This document shows positions 27,493-35,247 of a DNA stretch of 64,000 bases, one piece after another. Position numbers and translations under genes: made by a program. Numbering within the stretch: the stretch's first letter is position 1; the number at the start of each line of letters is the position of its first letter. Source of the DNA: Candidatus Multivorans sp. (lineage in GTDB: Bacteria > Acidobacteriota > Thermoanaerobaculia > Multivoradales > Multivoraceae); the NCBI GenBank assembly GCA_965224025.1, contig OZ245033.1:4736001-4800000 (forward strand). Direction: 5' to 3'. The notes beneath the pieces were generated by a model, which saw nothing but the letters and a program-made list of their open reading frames with translations, had not been told where the DNA came from and did not search any database.

Positions 27493-28434
27493 ATGACGGT
27501 TTCGCCCAACTTCCAGCGCTCCAGCCCCGCCACCGACCGCGGCTTTGCCGATGTCGACGCGGTCGTCGCCGCCCTGCGCGCGGAGGACTACATCGCCGAA
27601 CGGGACCTCGCAACCGCGATCTACCTGTCGCTGCGCATGGGCAAGCCGATCTTCCTGGAAGGCGAACCCGGCGTCGGCAAGACGGAGGTCGCCAAGGTCC
27701 TCTCGCGTTGCCTGGGCTCCGAACTGATCCGGCTCCAGTGCTACGAGGGGCTCGACGTTTCGACCGCCGTCTACGAGTGGAACTACCGCCGGCAGTTGCT
27801 CCACCTGCGCGGCGTGGAGGCGGCCGGCGGAGGCGACGCCCGGGGCGCCGTGGACGACGTCTTCTCCTCCGACTTCCTGCTCGAGCGGCCCCTCTTGCGC
27901 GCCGTCCAGACGAGCCGCGGGGGCGAGGCCCCGCCGGTCCTGCTGATCGACGAACTCGACCGGGCCGACGAAGAGTTCGAGGCCTACCTGCTCGAGATCC
28001 TGGCCGACTTCCAGATCACGATCCCCGAGATCGGCACGGTCGCCGCAGAAGAGCCCCCGGTCGCGGTCGTCACCTCGAACCGCACCCGCGAGGTCCACGA
28101 CGCGCTGAAGCGCCGCTGCCTCTACCACTGGATCGACTTCCCCGACTACGAAAAGGAAGTCCAGATCGTGCTGCGGCGCGTACCCGAGGCGCCCGAACAC
28201 TTCGCCTCCCAGATCGTCCGCCTGGTGCAGGCGCTGCGCGAGGAGGACCTGTTCAAGCAGCCGGGCGTCGCCGAGACCCTGGACTGGACGAACGCCCTGA
28301 TCGCCCTCGACCAGGAAACGCTTTCCGACGGCATCCTCCGCGACACCCTGGGGGTGCTCCTCAAGTACCAGGACGACCTCGACAAGATCGACGACGAGGC
28401 GGTCCGCCGGCTACTCCGGAAGAGCCAGTCGTAG
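27493..28434 (+). CDS. MoxR-family AAA+ ATPase (CoxD-like)
   Basis: LEGEPGVGKT, RLQCYEG, LLIDELDRAD, TSNRTREVHDALKRRC. Confidence 0.92.
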   Translation: MTVSPNFQRSSPATDRGFADVDAVVAALRAEDYIAERDLATAIYLSLRMGKPIFLEGEPGVGKTEVAKVLSRCLGSELIRLQCYEGLDVSTAVYEWNYRRQLLHLRGVEAAGGGDARGAVDDVFSSDFLLERPLLRAVQTSRGGEAPPVLLIDELDRADEEFEAYLLEILADFQITIPEIGTVAAEEPPVAVVTSNRTREVHDALKRRCLYHWIDFPDYEKEVQIVLRRVPEAPEHFASQIVRLVQALREEDLFKQPGVAETLDWTNALIALDQETLSDGILRDTLGVLLKYQDDLDKIDDEAVRRLLRKSQS

Positions 28435-28486
28435 CCGCTTCGTCGCGGCGCGTTTGACCTGCTCAGAGACCCACTGCTGCCGTGAT

Positions 28487-28503
28487 CTAGCTAAACTAGC
28501 TAG
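28487..28503. promoter_or_regulatory. Putative TA operator palindrome
   Basis: CTAGCTA-AAC-TAGCTAG inverted repeat just upstream of the antitoxin start. Confidence 0.55.
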
Positions 28504-28515
28504 GTAGGGGGAAAG

Positions 28516-28746
28516 ATGCTCGTCAACATGCACGCCGCCAAGTCGCAATTGTCGAAGCTCATCGTCGCCGCCGAAGCGGGCGACGACGTGATCATCGCCC
28601 GCGGGGGCAAGCCCGCGGTGAGGCTGGTTCCCGTGACGTCGAAGACGTTCCGTTTCGGCAGTTTGGCCCATTTGGTCAAGTCCGTGCCTGACTTCGATGA
28701 AGCGATGGACGACGCCGAGTTGGCTCTCTGGGAGGGAACGTCCTGA
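28516..28746 (+). CDS. Phd/YefM-family antitoxin
   Basis: VNMHAAKSQLSKLI..AEAGDDVIIARGGKPAVRLVP. Confidence 0.9.
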   Translation: MLVNMHAAKSQLSKLIVAAEAGDDVIIARGGKPAVRLVPVTSKTFRFGSLAHLVKSVPDFDEAMDDAELALWEGTS

Positions 28747-29138
28747 GTTCCGTACTGCTCGACACTCACGCGTGGATTTGGAGTCTCATGGAACCAGGGC
28801 GTCTCACCGGCGCCGCGAAGGCTGCGGTGCTCGATGCCGACGTGGTCTATGCCAGCCCGATCAGTGTCTACGAGGTGACGAGAAAGGTGCGACTGGGCAA
28901 GTGGCCGGACATGGCGCCGCATGTGGACGCCCTGGTGACCGAGACCGAAACGCTATCCGCTCCCTTCACTCGGGCCATTGCAGCTCGTGCCGGCATGCTC
29001 GGCTGGGTGCATCGCGACCCGTTCGATCGTCTCATTGCCGCTTCCTCGATCGAGCTGCGTTGCCCGCTGATCTCCAAGGACGCCGCGTTCGATGCGCTCG
29101 AAGGGACGCCGGGCTGGCAGGGACGGATCTGGTCTTAG
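28743..29138 (+). CDS. vapC: VapC/PIN toxin (only a CTG at the expected start)
   Basis: SVLLDTHAWIW, SPISVYE, HRDPFDRLIAA, LISKD; overlaps the antitoxin stop as CTGA. Confidence 0.82.
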   Translation: MSSVLLDTHAWIWSLMEPGRLTGAAKAAVLDADVVYASPISVYEVTRKVRLGKWPDMAPHVDALVTETETLSAPFTRAIAARAGMLGWVHRDPFDRLIAASSIELRCPLISKDAAFDALEGTPGWQGRIWS

Positions 29139-29346
29139 CCGCCCCTCCCCCGCACTGCGGGACAAGAGGGGCGGCCACCGAGTCTCATCATGACCCTCCC
29201 TGAACGCTCACTGCGCTCCCGCCGCCGCCGTGGCGGCGCCGGCTCCGGCTGCTGAGCGTGCGGGCTACACGAAAACCGTTGTTGTTGTTGCGGTTGTCGG
29301 TGGTGTTCCTGTTGCGGTTCGCGGAGCGGAGGTTCCTCGGTTTGTT
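29138..29346 (-). mobile_element. Orphan diversity-generating retroelement (DGR) template-repeat 3' half plus spacer remnant
   Basis: 29346-29254 reads NKPRNLRSANRNRNTTDNRNNNNGFRVARTL with 10 AAC codons out of 31, followed by GC-rich hairpins; no reverse transcriptase, avd or variable-repeat gene in the window. Confidence 0.8.
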
Positions 29347-29349
29347 GAC

Positions 29350-30546
29350 ATGCCAACGGTGACTGAAGCAGGAGCGCCGGCCCACGGCCACCTGCTCCGC
29401 AACATCGTGCTCTTCGGACGCCTGCTGCGGGTGGGCAGCCTGGACGTGACGCCGACCCAGCTCCGGGACTGGGTGGCGGCGCTCGAACTCGTCGACGTTG
29501 CCCGCAAGCGCGACGTGAAGGCGGCGGCCCGGGCCGTCCTGGTCAGCCGGCGCCGCGATCTGCCGTGGTTCGACAAGGCCTTCGAGCTCTTCTGGCAGGC
29601 ACGCGACCCGCGGGAGCTCGAACAGCTCGAACTGGGCCTCCTGGTCCAACGCCACACGGAGCGGACGAAGCGCGCGGCGATCCAGAAGCTGGCGCGTGGC
29701 GACAACGAAGGCGACGGCGACGGCGACGGCTTAATGGAGACCGACCGCACCGCGCGCACGGCCCTCTACAGCGCTCGCGAGGCGTTGCGGCAGAAGGACT
29801 TCGCCCTGCTCGAAGGCGACGAGCTCGACGAGATCAGGCAGTTGATGGCGTCCATGCACTGGCAGCTCGAGACGCGCCGCACGCGCCGGCTCAAGCCGAG
29901 CTCCGGGGGCCACCGCCTCGACCTGCGCCGCACGCTCCGGCGCAACCTGGGCCACGGCGGCGAGTTGATCGACCTCGTCGGCCGCGACCGCAAACACCGG
30001 CGGCGGCCCCTGGTGCTGCTCTGCGACATCTCCGGCTCCATGAAGCCCTACTCGCGGCTGCTGCTCCACTTCATCTACGCCGTCTCCCACCCCAGGTCCG
30101 CCGACCCTGGCATCTCCAGGGTGGAAGCCTTCGCCTTCGGCACCCGCCTCACCCGCCTCACGCGCGAACTCGCCGAACGCGACCTCGACCGGGCGCTCCA
30201 GGCCTCCGTCCACCGGATCGAAGACTGGGGCGGCGGCACCCGCACCGGCGAGGCCCTGCGCGAGTTCAACTTCGTCTGGGGCCGGCGCCTCCTCGGCCAG
30301 GGCGCCGCCGTCCTCATCATCAGCGACGGCTGGGACCGCGGCGACATCGCCCTCCTCGGCAAGGAAATGGAACGCCTCCACCGAAGCTGCCACCGCCTCA
30401 TCTGGCTCAATCCGCTTCTGGGCTCCCCCCGCTACGAGCCCCTGACCCGCGGTATTGTGGCCGCCCTCCCCCACATCGACGACTTCCTCCCCGTCCACAA
30501 CCTGGCGAGCCTGGAGCAGCTCGGCGACCTGCTGGCGTCGCTGTAG
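29350..30546 (+). CDS. VWA-domain protein (CoxE-like)
   Basis: FGRLLR, LCDISGSM, FAFGTRLT, GGGTR, IISDGWD, WLNPL, FLPVHNLASL; ATG at 29350. Confidence 0.92.
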   Translation: MPTVTEAGAPAHGHLLRNIVLFGRLLRVGSLDVTPTQLRDWVAALELVDVARKRDVKAAARAVLVSRRRDLPWFDKAFELFWQARDPRELEQLELGLLVQRHTERTKRAAIQKLARGDNEGDGDGDGLMETDRTARTALYSAREALRQKDFALLEGDELDEIRQLMASMHWQLETRRTRRLKPSSGGHRLDLRRTLRRNLGHGGELIDLVGRDRKHRRRPLVLLCDISGSMKPYSRLLLHFIYAVSHPRSADPGISRVEAFAFGTRLTRLTRELAERDLDRALQASVHRIEDWGGGTRTGEALREFNFVWGRRLLGQGAAVLIISDGWDRGDIALLGKEMERLHRSCHRLIWLNPLLGSPRYEPLTRGIVAALPHIDDFLPVHNLASLEQLGDLLASL

Positions 30547-30611
30547 CGCGGCGATGTCGGTGGCGCCCGCCGGCTGGTCGGCGGCATGAGGGGGTCAACC
30601 CCAGGTGCCGT

Positions 30612-30681
30612 GCCATCCGTGCGCCCGCTGACGGGCGCGCGGACTGGTTCACGGGTGGCGCGCATCGCGCCACCCGGGTTC
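30612..30681 (+). repeat. Two-hairpin dispersed repeat, copy 2
   Basis: GCCATCCGTGCGCCCGCTGACGGGCGCGCGGACTGGTTCACGGGTGGCGCG..CGCGCCACCCGGGTTC. Confidence 0.9.
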
Positions 30682-30849
30682 GCGCCTGGTCGGAGGGCGG
30701 GGGGTTGCGCGCACTCCACTCCGCTCGCTCCGGTTGGGCATCGTTTGCCCTCGCGTCGTTGCGCGTCGCTCGCTTCGAGTCCGCTGGGACCCTCCCCACG
30801 GCCCCCGGACTGCGCCGCCGCAGCCTCTCGCCGACGCCCTCCAGGCCGC

Positions 30850-31157
30850 GTCGAGCCCGACTGCTCCGGCTCGCCTTCGGGGAACAGGAAGATCGTGCTG
30901 CTGACCGCGTAGCTGCCCGACGCGAAGCTGCCCGGGTCCCAGAAAAAAACGCCAGGACCGGCGAAGACATGCCAACCGGGCCGCATGACGACGAACCGCC
31001 TCTCCCGGGTGCCGTCCGAGTCGTTGAAGTGGACCTTCCAGTATGCGGGGCGCTCCAGGTTGTGCCCCGACTGGGCCGATATCGGCGAGGCCGTGGCGAA
31101 GACAACGGCAGCCACCGCGGCTACACACCACACCCTTTGAAGATGACGCATCGACAC
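30850..31157 (-). pseudogene. Truncated secreted protein; N-terminal part only, running into repeat-derived sequence
   Basis: Signal peptide plus RFVVMRPGWHVFAGPG...SGSYAVSSTIFLFPEG, then low-complexity palindrome-encoded sequence. Confidence 0.45.
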
Positions 31158-31172
31158 CCCTTCTGCTCCTGG

Positions 31173-33398
31173 TCAGGGCTCATAGATCAACCGCAACTCA
31201 GCCGCGATGTTCGCCCCGTCGTCGGCAAACAGCTCCTCGCGCGCAAACCAGCCCGGCTTCATGGCGCCGGGTGAGAACAATTTCTCGGCCTGATCCCGGT
31301 AGTGGGGCGAGTCGGAGCGATCGCTCTGGCCGATCGGGGGCTGGGTGTAGCTCCGGATCGGGTTGCTCCGGATGACGACTTCGGTCGAGGTCTGGCCGCG
31401 GTTGCCCCAACGTCTACCGTCGGCGCGCGGCTGACTGAACCCCACGGAACGGAGCGTTGCCATGCCGGCCTCGCCGAGCGAGCCGCCGCCGACCGGCCAG
31501 GAGACCACGTCCGCCGAGTCCTGGCGGCCGACCCGGAACACGTCGCCGAAGGTTGCCTCGAAGCCCCCCGGGCCTGAGTGCAACGCCTCGGCCGCGGCAT
31601 CGACCGCCTCGACCAGCTCCGGCAGTTCGTCGTCGCGCAGTCCAAGCGGCTCGGGCGCCTCGCGGATGAGCTCCAGGTAGTCGTTGACGCGCGCGGTCAT
31701 GTCGTTCATCCGTTCGGCGCCTACGAGGCCGCGCAGTGCTTCACGCCACCGGAAGTAGGCGAGCGCGCCTTGCGAGTCCGGCTCGGAGACGCCGTTCCAC
31801 TCCCCGATGCGACGCGCTACCTCGGCATGGTCCGCTGAACGCTGCCCCGAGACGGCGGCTTCCGCCCGCCGCAACTCCTCCACCCAGCACTCGAACTTGT
31901 AGACCGAGCGGTCGAGCGCGAGTTCCACGATCTCCTCTTCGCTCCACTTGCCCCCGGCTTCCCGCGTCGCCTCCAGGCGGGCGATCGCGCTCGCGCCACG
32001 CTGATGGGTGTACAGAGCGGGCTGGTTGTACAGATACGCCGGGTAGCGGTCAGGAACGAGCGGCGAGCCGACCAGCATCGTGTCCGGCCCTATGTTGTTG
32101 TTCTGCATGTACCCGCGTTCCGGGTTGAGCAGCGACATCAGATCGGACGCCGGATGGATGCCCAGCCATTCCGTGTCGGAGGTCGATCCATCGACCGGCC
32201 GGCGCCAGTCGTAGCCCTGGGGACGGATCGGCACCCGGCCGGTGCGCTGGTAGTAGATGTTGCCCCCGGTGTCGGCGATCATTACGTTCTGCGGCATGAT
32301 CTGGCGCACATCCAGGGCCTTGGCGGCGCCCAGGTAGTCCTCGGCGACCATGAAGTGGTACTTGGACTCCAGATAGCCGATCTCCTCCTCGTAGGCCAGG
32401 GCGGCGGCCCAGGCCTTGTCGCCTTGCCGCGCCACGATCGGGCCGTGGTGGGAGTACCAGAACGTCGCCTCGCGCGGCGACTCCTCGCCGGCGACCCGGA
32501 CCTCGACAGTGCGGCTCTTCATCCGCCGCCACTCGCCGTCGTACAGGTAGCGGCTCGGATCCTCCGGATCGAGGGTCAGTTCGTAGGCGTCGGCCGTGTC
32601 CGGCCCGCCGGTCGTATGGGCCCAGGCGACATGCTCGTTGTGGCCCAGGTTGACGTAGGGGAAGCCCGCGGTTGCGAAGCCGCTGATGTGGATGTCGCCG
32701 GCATGGAGGCGCACCTCCCAGTAGCGGTGGCGGCCAAGCCAGGACAGGTGCGGGTCGATGATCAGCGCCGCGGCGCCGAAGGTGGTCTGGTCCGGCGCCA
32801 GCGCGATCTGGTTCGAGGCCCGCAGGTCGACGTCGAAGCTCGGTTCGATGCCGACCGCCCGCAGATCGGAGCGCGCCTGCCCCGCCGGCCAGCTCCAGAT
32901 GAATTGCCGGCTGAAGGCGACCGGCATGTAGACGTCGACCTTCCGGCTGCCCCACCACTCCGGCACTTCACCGGGATGCGCTTCCAGGTAGGCGTTGATG
33001 CCATCGATGAACGCGGCCAGGTGTCGCCGGAGCTCCGGGTTGAGCTTCGCCTCGTAGTGGCGTTTCGCCGTGCCGTAGTGATCCCACATACGGGAATCGA
33101 GGTCGGACCGTACCCAGCGGTCGTTGTCGCCGGGCCCGAAGGCGGCGGCGTACTCGCCGAGCCCGAAGAGGTAGTTCTCGAGCAGTTGCGACAACCGATC
33201 CTCGGCCATCGCCCAGCCGGAAGCGTAGAGCCCGGCCTCGGCGGACTCGGCATAGATGTGGGGGACACCCCAGGTGTCCCGGTAGACCGTCGCCTCCTCG
33301 CCGTCTCCGCCGGGCGGCGCACAGGCCGCGACCAGCGCCAGCAGCGGTACCGCGAGGAGCGCACGGCAAGCCACCCGCGGCCCCGATTCGTCCGCCAT
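31173..33398 (-). CDS. Penicillin/AHL acylase-family Ntn hydrolase (lipoprotein)
   Basis: RDTWGVPHIYA, G.AMAEDRL, catalytic SNQIA, DPHLSW, AWAHT, NPERGYMQNNN; lipobox LVAAC. Confidence 0.9.
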   Translation of the reverse strand: MADESGPRVACRALLAVPLLALVAACAPPGGDGEEATVYRDTWGVPHIYAESAEAGLYASGWAMAEDRLSQLLENYLFGLGEYAAAFGPGDNDRWVRSDLDSRMWDHYGTAKRHYEAKLNPELRRHLAAFIDGINAYLEAHPGEVPEWWGSRKVDVYMPVAFSRQFIWSWPAGQARSDLRAVGIEPSFDVDLRASNQIALAPDQTTFGAAALIIDPHLSWLGRHRYWEVRLHAGDIHISGFATAGFPYVNLGHNEHVAWAHTTGGPDTADAYELTLDPEDPSRYLYDGEWRRMKSRTVEVRVAGEESPREATFWYSHHGPIVARQGDKAWAAALAYEEEIGYLESKYHFMVAEDYLGAAKALDVRQIMPQNVMIADTGGNIYYQRTGRVPIRPQGYDWRRPVDGSTSDTEWLGIHPASDLMSLLNPERGYMQNNNIGPDTMLVGSPLVPDRYPAYLYNQPALYTHQRGASAIARLEATREAGGKWSEEEIVELALDRSVYKFECWVEELRRAEAAVSGQRSADHAEVARRIGEWNGVSEPDSQGALAYFRWREALRGLVGAERMNDMTARVNDYLELIREAPEPLGLRDDELPELVEAVDAAAEALHSGPGGFEATFGDVFRVGRQDSADVVSWPVGGGSLGEAGMATLRSVGFSQPRADGRRWGNRGQTSTEVVIRSNPIRSYTQPPIGQSDRSDSPHYRDQAEKLFSPGAMKPGWFAREELFADDGANIAAELRLIYEP

Positions 33399-33412
33399 GC
33401 CGATCCTCCTCC

Positions 33413-33970
33413 TCAACCCGCCGGTTTCTTCGCCGACTTCGGCCGAAACGCCTTGATCCGCGCCTCGTTCGTCGTTAGGTACGGCCCGCCGATCAGGTCC
33501 ACGCAATACGGAATCGCAGGAAACACCGCGTCGAGACACTCCCCGATCGCCTTCGGCTGGCCCGGCAGGTTGACGATCAGCGACGAGCCGCGGACCGCCG
33601 CCGTCTGCCGCGAGAGGATCGCGGTCGGGACGGCGAGAAGCGACACCTGCCGCATCAACTCGCCGAACCCCGGCATCGGCTTCTCGCACACGGCCAGGGT
33701 CGCCTCCGGCGTCACGTCGCGCGCCGCCGGCCCGGTGCCGCCGGTGGTCACGACGAGACAGCAGCCTTCGTCGTCGCAGAGTTCGCGCAGCGCCGCAGCG
33801 ATCTGTTCGACCTCGTCCTCGACGACGCGGGCACACGGCTCCCAAGGCGAAGTCAGGACCTCCGCCAGGTAGTCGCGGATCGCCGGCCCGCCATGGTCCT
33901 CGTACACGCCGCGCGAGGCCCGGTCCGAGACGGTGACGATGCCGACGTGAGCCGTCGCGGGTTCCGGCAC
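33413..33970 (-). CDS. mog: Molybdopterin adenylyltransferase
   Basis: VSDRASRGVYED, TTGGTGPAARDVTPEAT, PTAILSRQ, NLPGQPKAI. Confidence 0.93.
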   Translation of the reverse strand: MPEPATAHVGIVTVSDRASRGVYEDHGGPAIRDYLAEVLTSPWEPCARVVEDEVEQIAAALRELCDDEGCCLVVTTGGTGPAARDVTPEATLAVCEKPMPGFGELMRQVSLLAVPTAILSRQTAAVRGSSLIVNLPGQPKAIGECLDAVFPAIPYCVDLIGGPYLTTNEARIKAFRPKSAKKPAG

Positions 33971-34019
33971 AGCGTTACCGGTCAAGCACGCCAAGGTCAC
34001 TCAGAACGAGGCCAACCGG

Positions 34020-34514
34020 TCACGAAAGACCGAAGAGGCGAACGAAAACGGCGACCATGGCCGCCACGTTCATCCTCATGGTCCACTTCATCACGCCAAG
34101 CTGCGACCGGATCGCCGCCACTTCACCCTCTAGACCGGCGAACCGCTCCTGCGCCTCGGTGCGGAACGACGCAATCTCTCCCCGGAGATTGGTCCTCGCC
34201 GATCCCACCTCCAGGCCGATACTGGCTCCCAGCCTCGTCTCCACCGACTCGATCTTGCCGCTCAGATCCGTTCGGACCGACTCGATTTCGCCTCTCAACT
34301 CCGACCTGACTGTAGCGACTTCACCTCTCAGTTCCGTTCGGAACTCAGCGAACTCACCCGTGGGGTCCGACCGCAGCAGCGCCAGATCGTCCTTCGTGGC
34401 CAGGCGTTCATCGGCGCGGTTGATCGCCTCGACGATGGCCTCGGCGTGCGCCGGCTCAATGCCGGCCTGCCTGAAGGTCCGATGGGTGGCGAGTGTGTCT
34501 ATCCTGCTGGCCAT
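34020..34514 (-). CDS. DUF1640/CCDC90-like coiled-coil protein with C-terminal membrane anchor
   Basis: DTL...AG...AEAI..ATKDDL head, 11-residue coiled-coil repeats, KW before a hydrophobic tail. Confidence 0.75.
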   Translation of the reverse strand: MASRIDTLATHRTFRQAGIEPAHAEAIVEAINRADERLATKDDLALLRSDPTGEFAEFRTELRGEVATVRSELRGEIESVRTDLSGKIESVETRLGASIGLEVGSARTNLRGEIASFRTEAQERFAGLEGEVAAIRSQLGVMKWTMRMNVAAMVAVFVRLFGLS

Positions 34515-34638
34515 TGATCTGCCCTTGGGTGCTTTCGACAAGGGGTGCCCGAGGGGTCCGGGAGCAAGGGCTCCGAGAGTACCACCAGCCCGCCGGAAGA
34601 CGCCGGGTTCAGGACAGTCGTTGATACCCTCTCCGGCC

Positions 34639-35247
34639 GTGCCGGACCCGAAGAAACACCCGCGATTGCACGAACTGAAGGCCCTGCTCCAGGAGCGGAG
34701 CATCGCCAAGGGGGACTTCGTTCTCACCTCCGGTGCGCGCTCGCACTACTACTGCGACACCAAGGCGACGGTGCTGTCTCCCCGCGGATCGCGGCTGATC
34801 GGCGAGGCGCTCTGCGAGCAGCTCCGGCCCTTCGGCGTCGATGCCGTCGGCGGGCCCGAGGTCGGCGGTGCCTACTTGGCGACGGCCGCATCCGTTGCTA
34901 GCGACCTGGAAGGGCCGCCTCTGTTCGGGTTCCTGGTGCGCAACAAGGCGAAAGGCCACGGCACGAGCGCCCGGATCGACGCCTCCTACCACCCGGACGG
35001 CCGAAAGCTGATCGCTGAAGGGCGCCGAATGGCCGTCGTCGACGACGTGGTCACTTCGGCCGGCTCGATCATCCGCGCGATCGAGGCCGTGCAGGCCGAG
35101 GCCTGCGAGGTCGTCGCGGTATCCGCGGTGGTCGATCGCCAGCAAGGCGGCGGCGACCTGCTGCGCAGCCGGGGCTTCAACTTCAGGCCGCTGTTCCTCG
35201 CCGACACCGAGGGCAACCTGTCTGTCTACTCCGGAGACGGGAAGTGA
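34639..35247 (+). CDS. pyrE: Orotate phosphoribosyltransferase
   Basis: GDFVLTSG..S.YY.D, VR..AKGHGT, VVDDVVTSAGS, VVDRQQGG. Confidence 0.9.
   Translation: MPDPKKHPRLHELKALLQERSIAKGDFVLTSGARSHYYCDTKATVLSPRGSRLIGEALCEQLRPFGVDAVGGPEVGGAYLATAASVASDLEGPPLFGFLVRNKAKGHGTSARIDASYHPDGRKLIAEGRRMAVVDDVVTSAGSIIRAIEAVQAEACEVVAVSAVVDRQQGGGDLLRSRGFNFRPLFLADTEGNLSVYSGDGK

Noticed and set aside
29278-29290. (GTT)n microsatellite
   Set aside because: Better explained as the AAC codon run of the DGR template
27493-30546. Carbon monoxide dehydrogenase cluster
   Set aside because: Only CoxD/CoxE-like chaperones (and mog nearby) are present; no coxLMS in the window
30770-30792. TTCGAGTCC resembling a tRNA T-loop
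   Set aside because: No acceptor stem, anticodon arm or CCA end could be built around it
34140-34350. 33-nt periodicity in the DUF1640-like gene
   Set aside because: Reflects 11-residue coiled-coil repeats typical of the family
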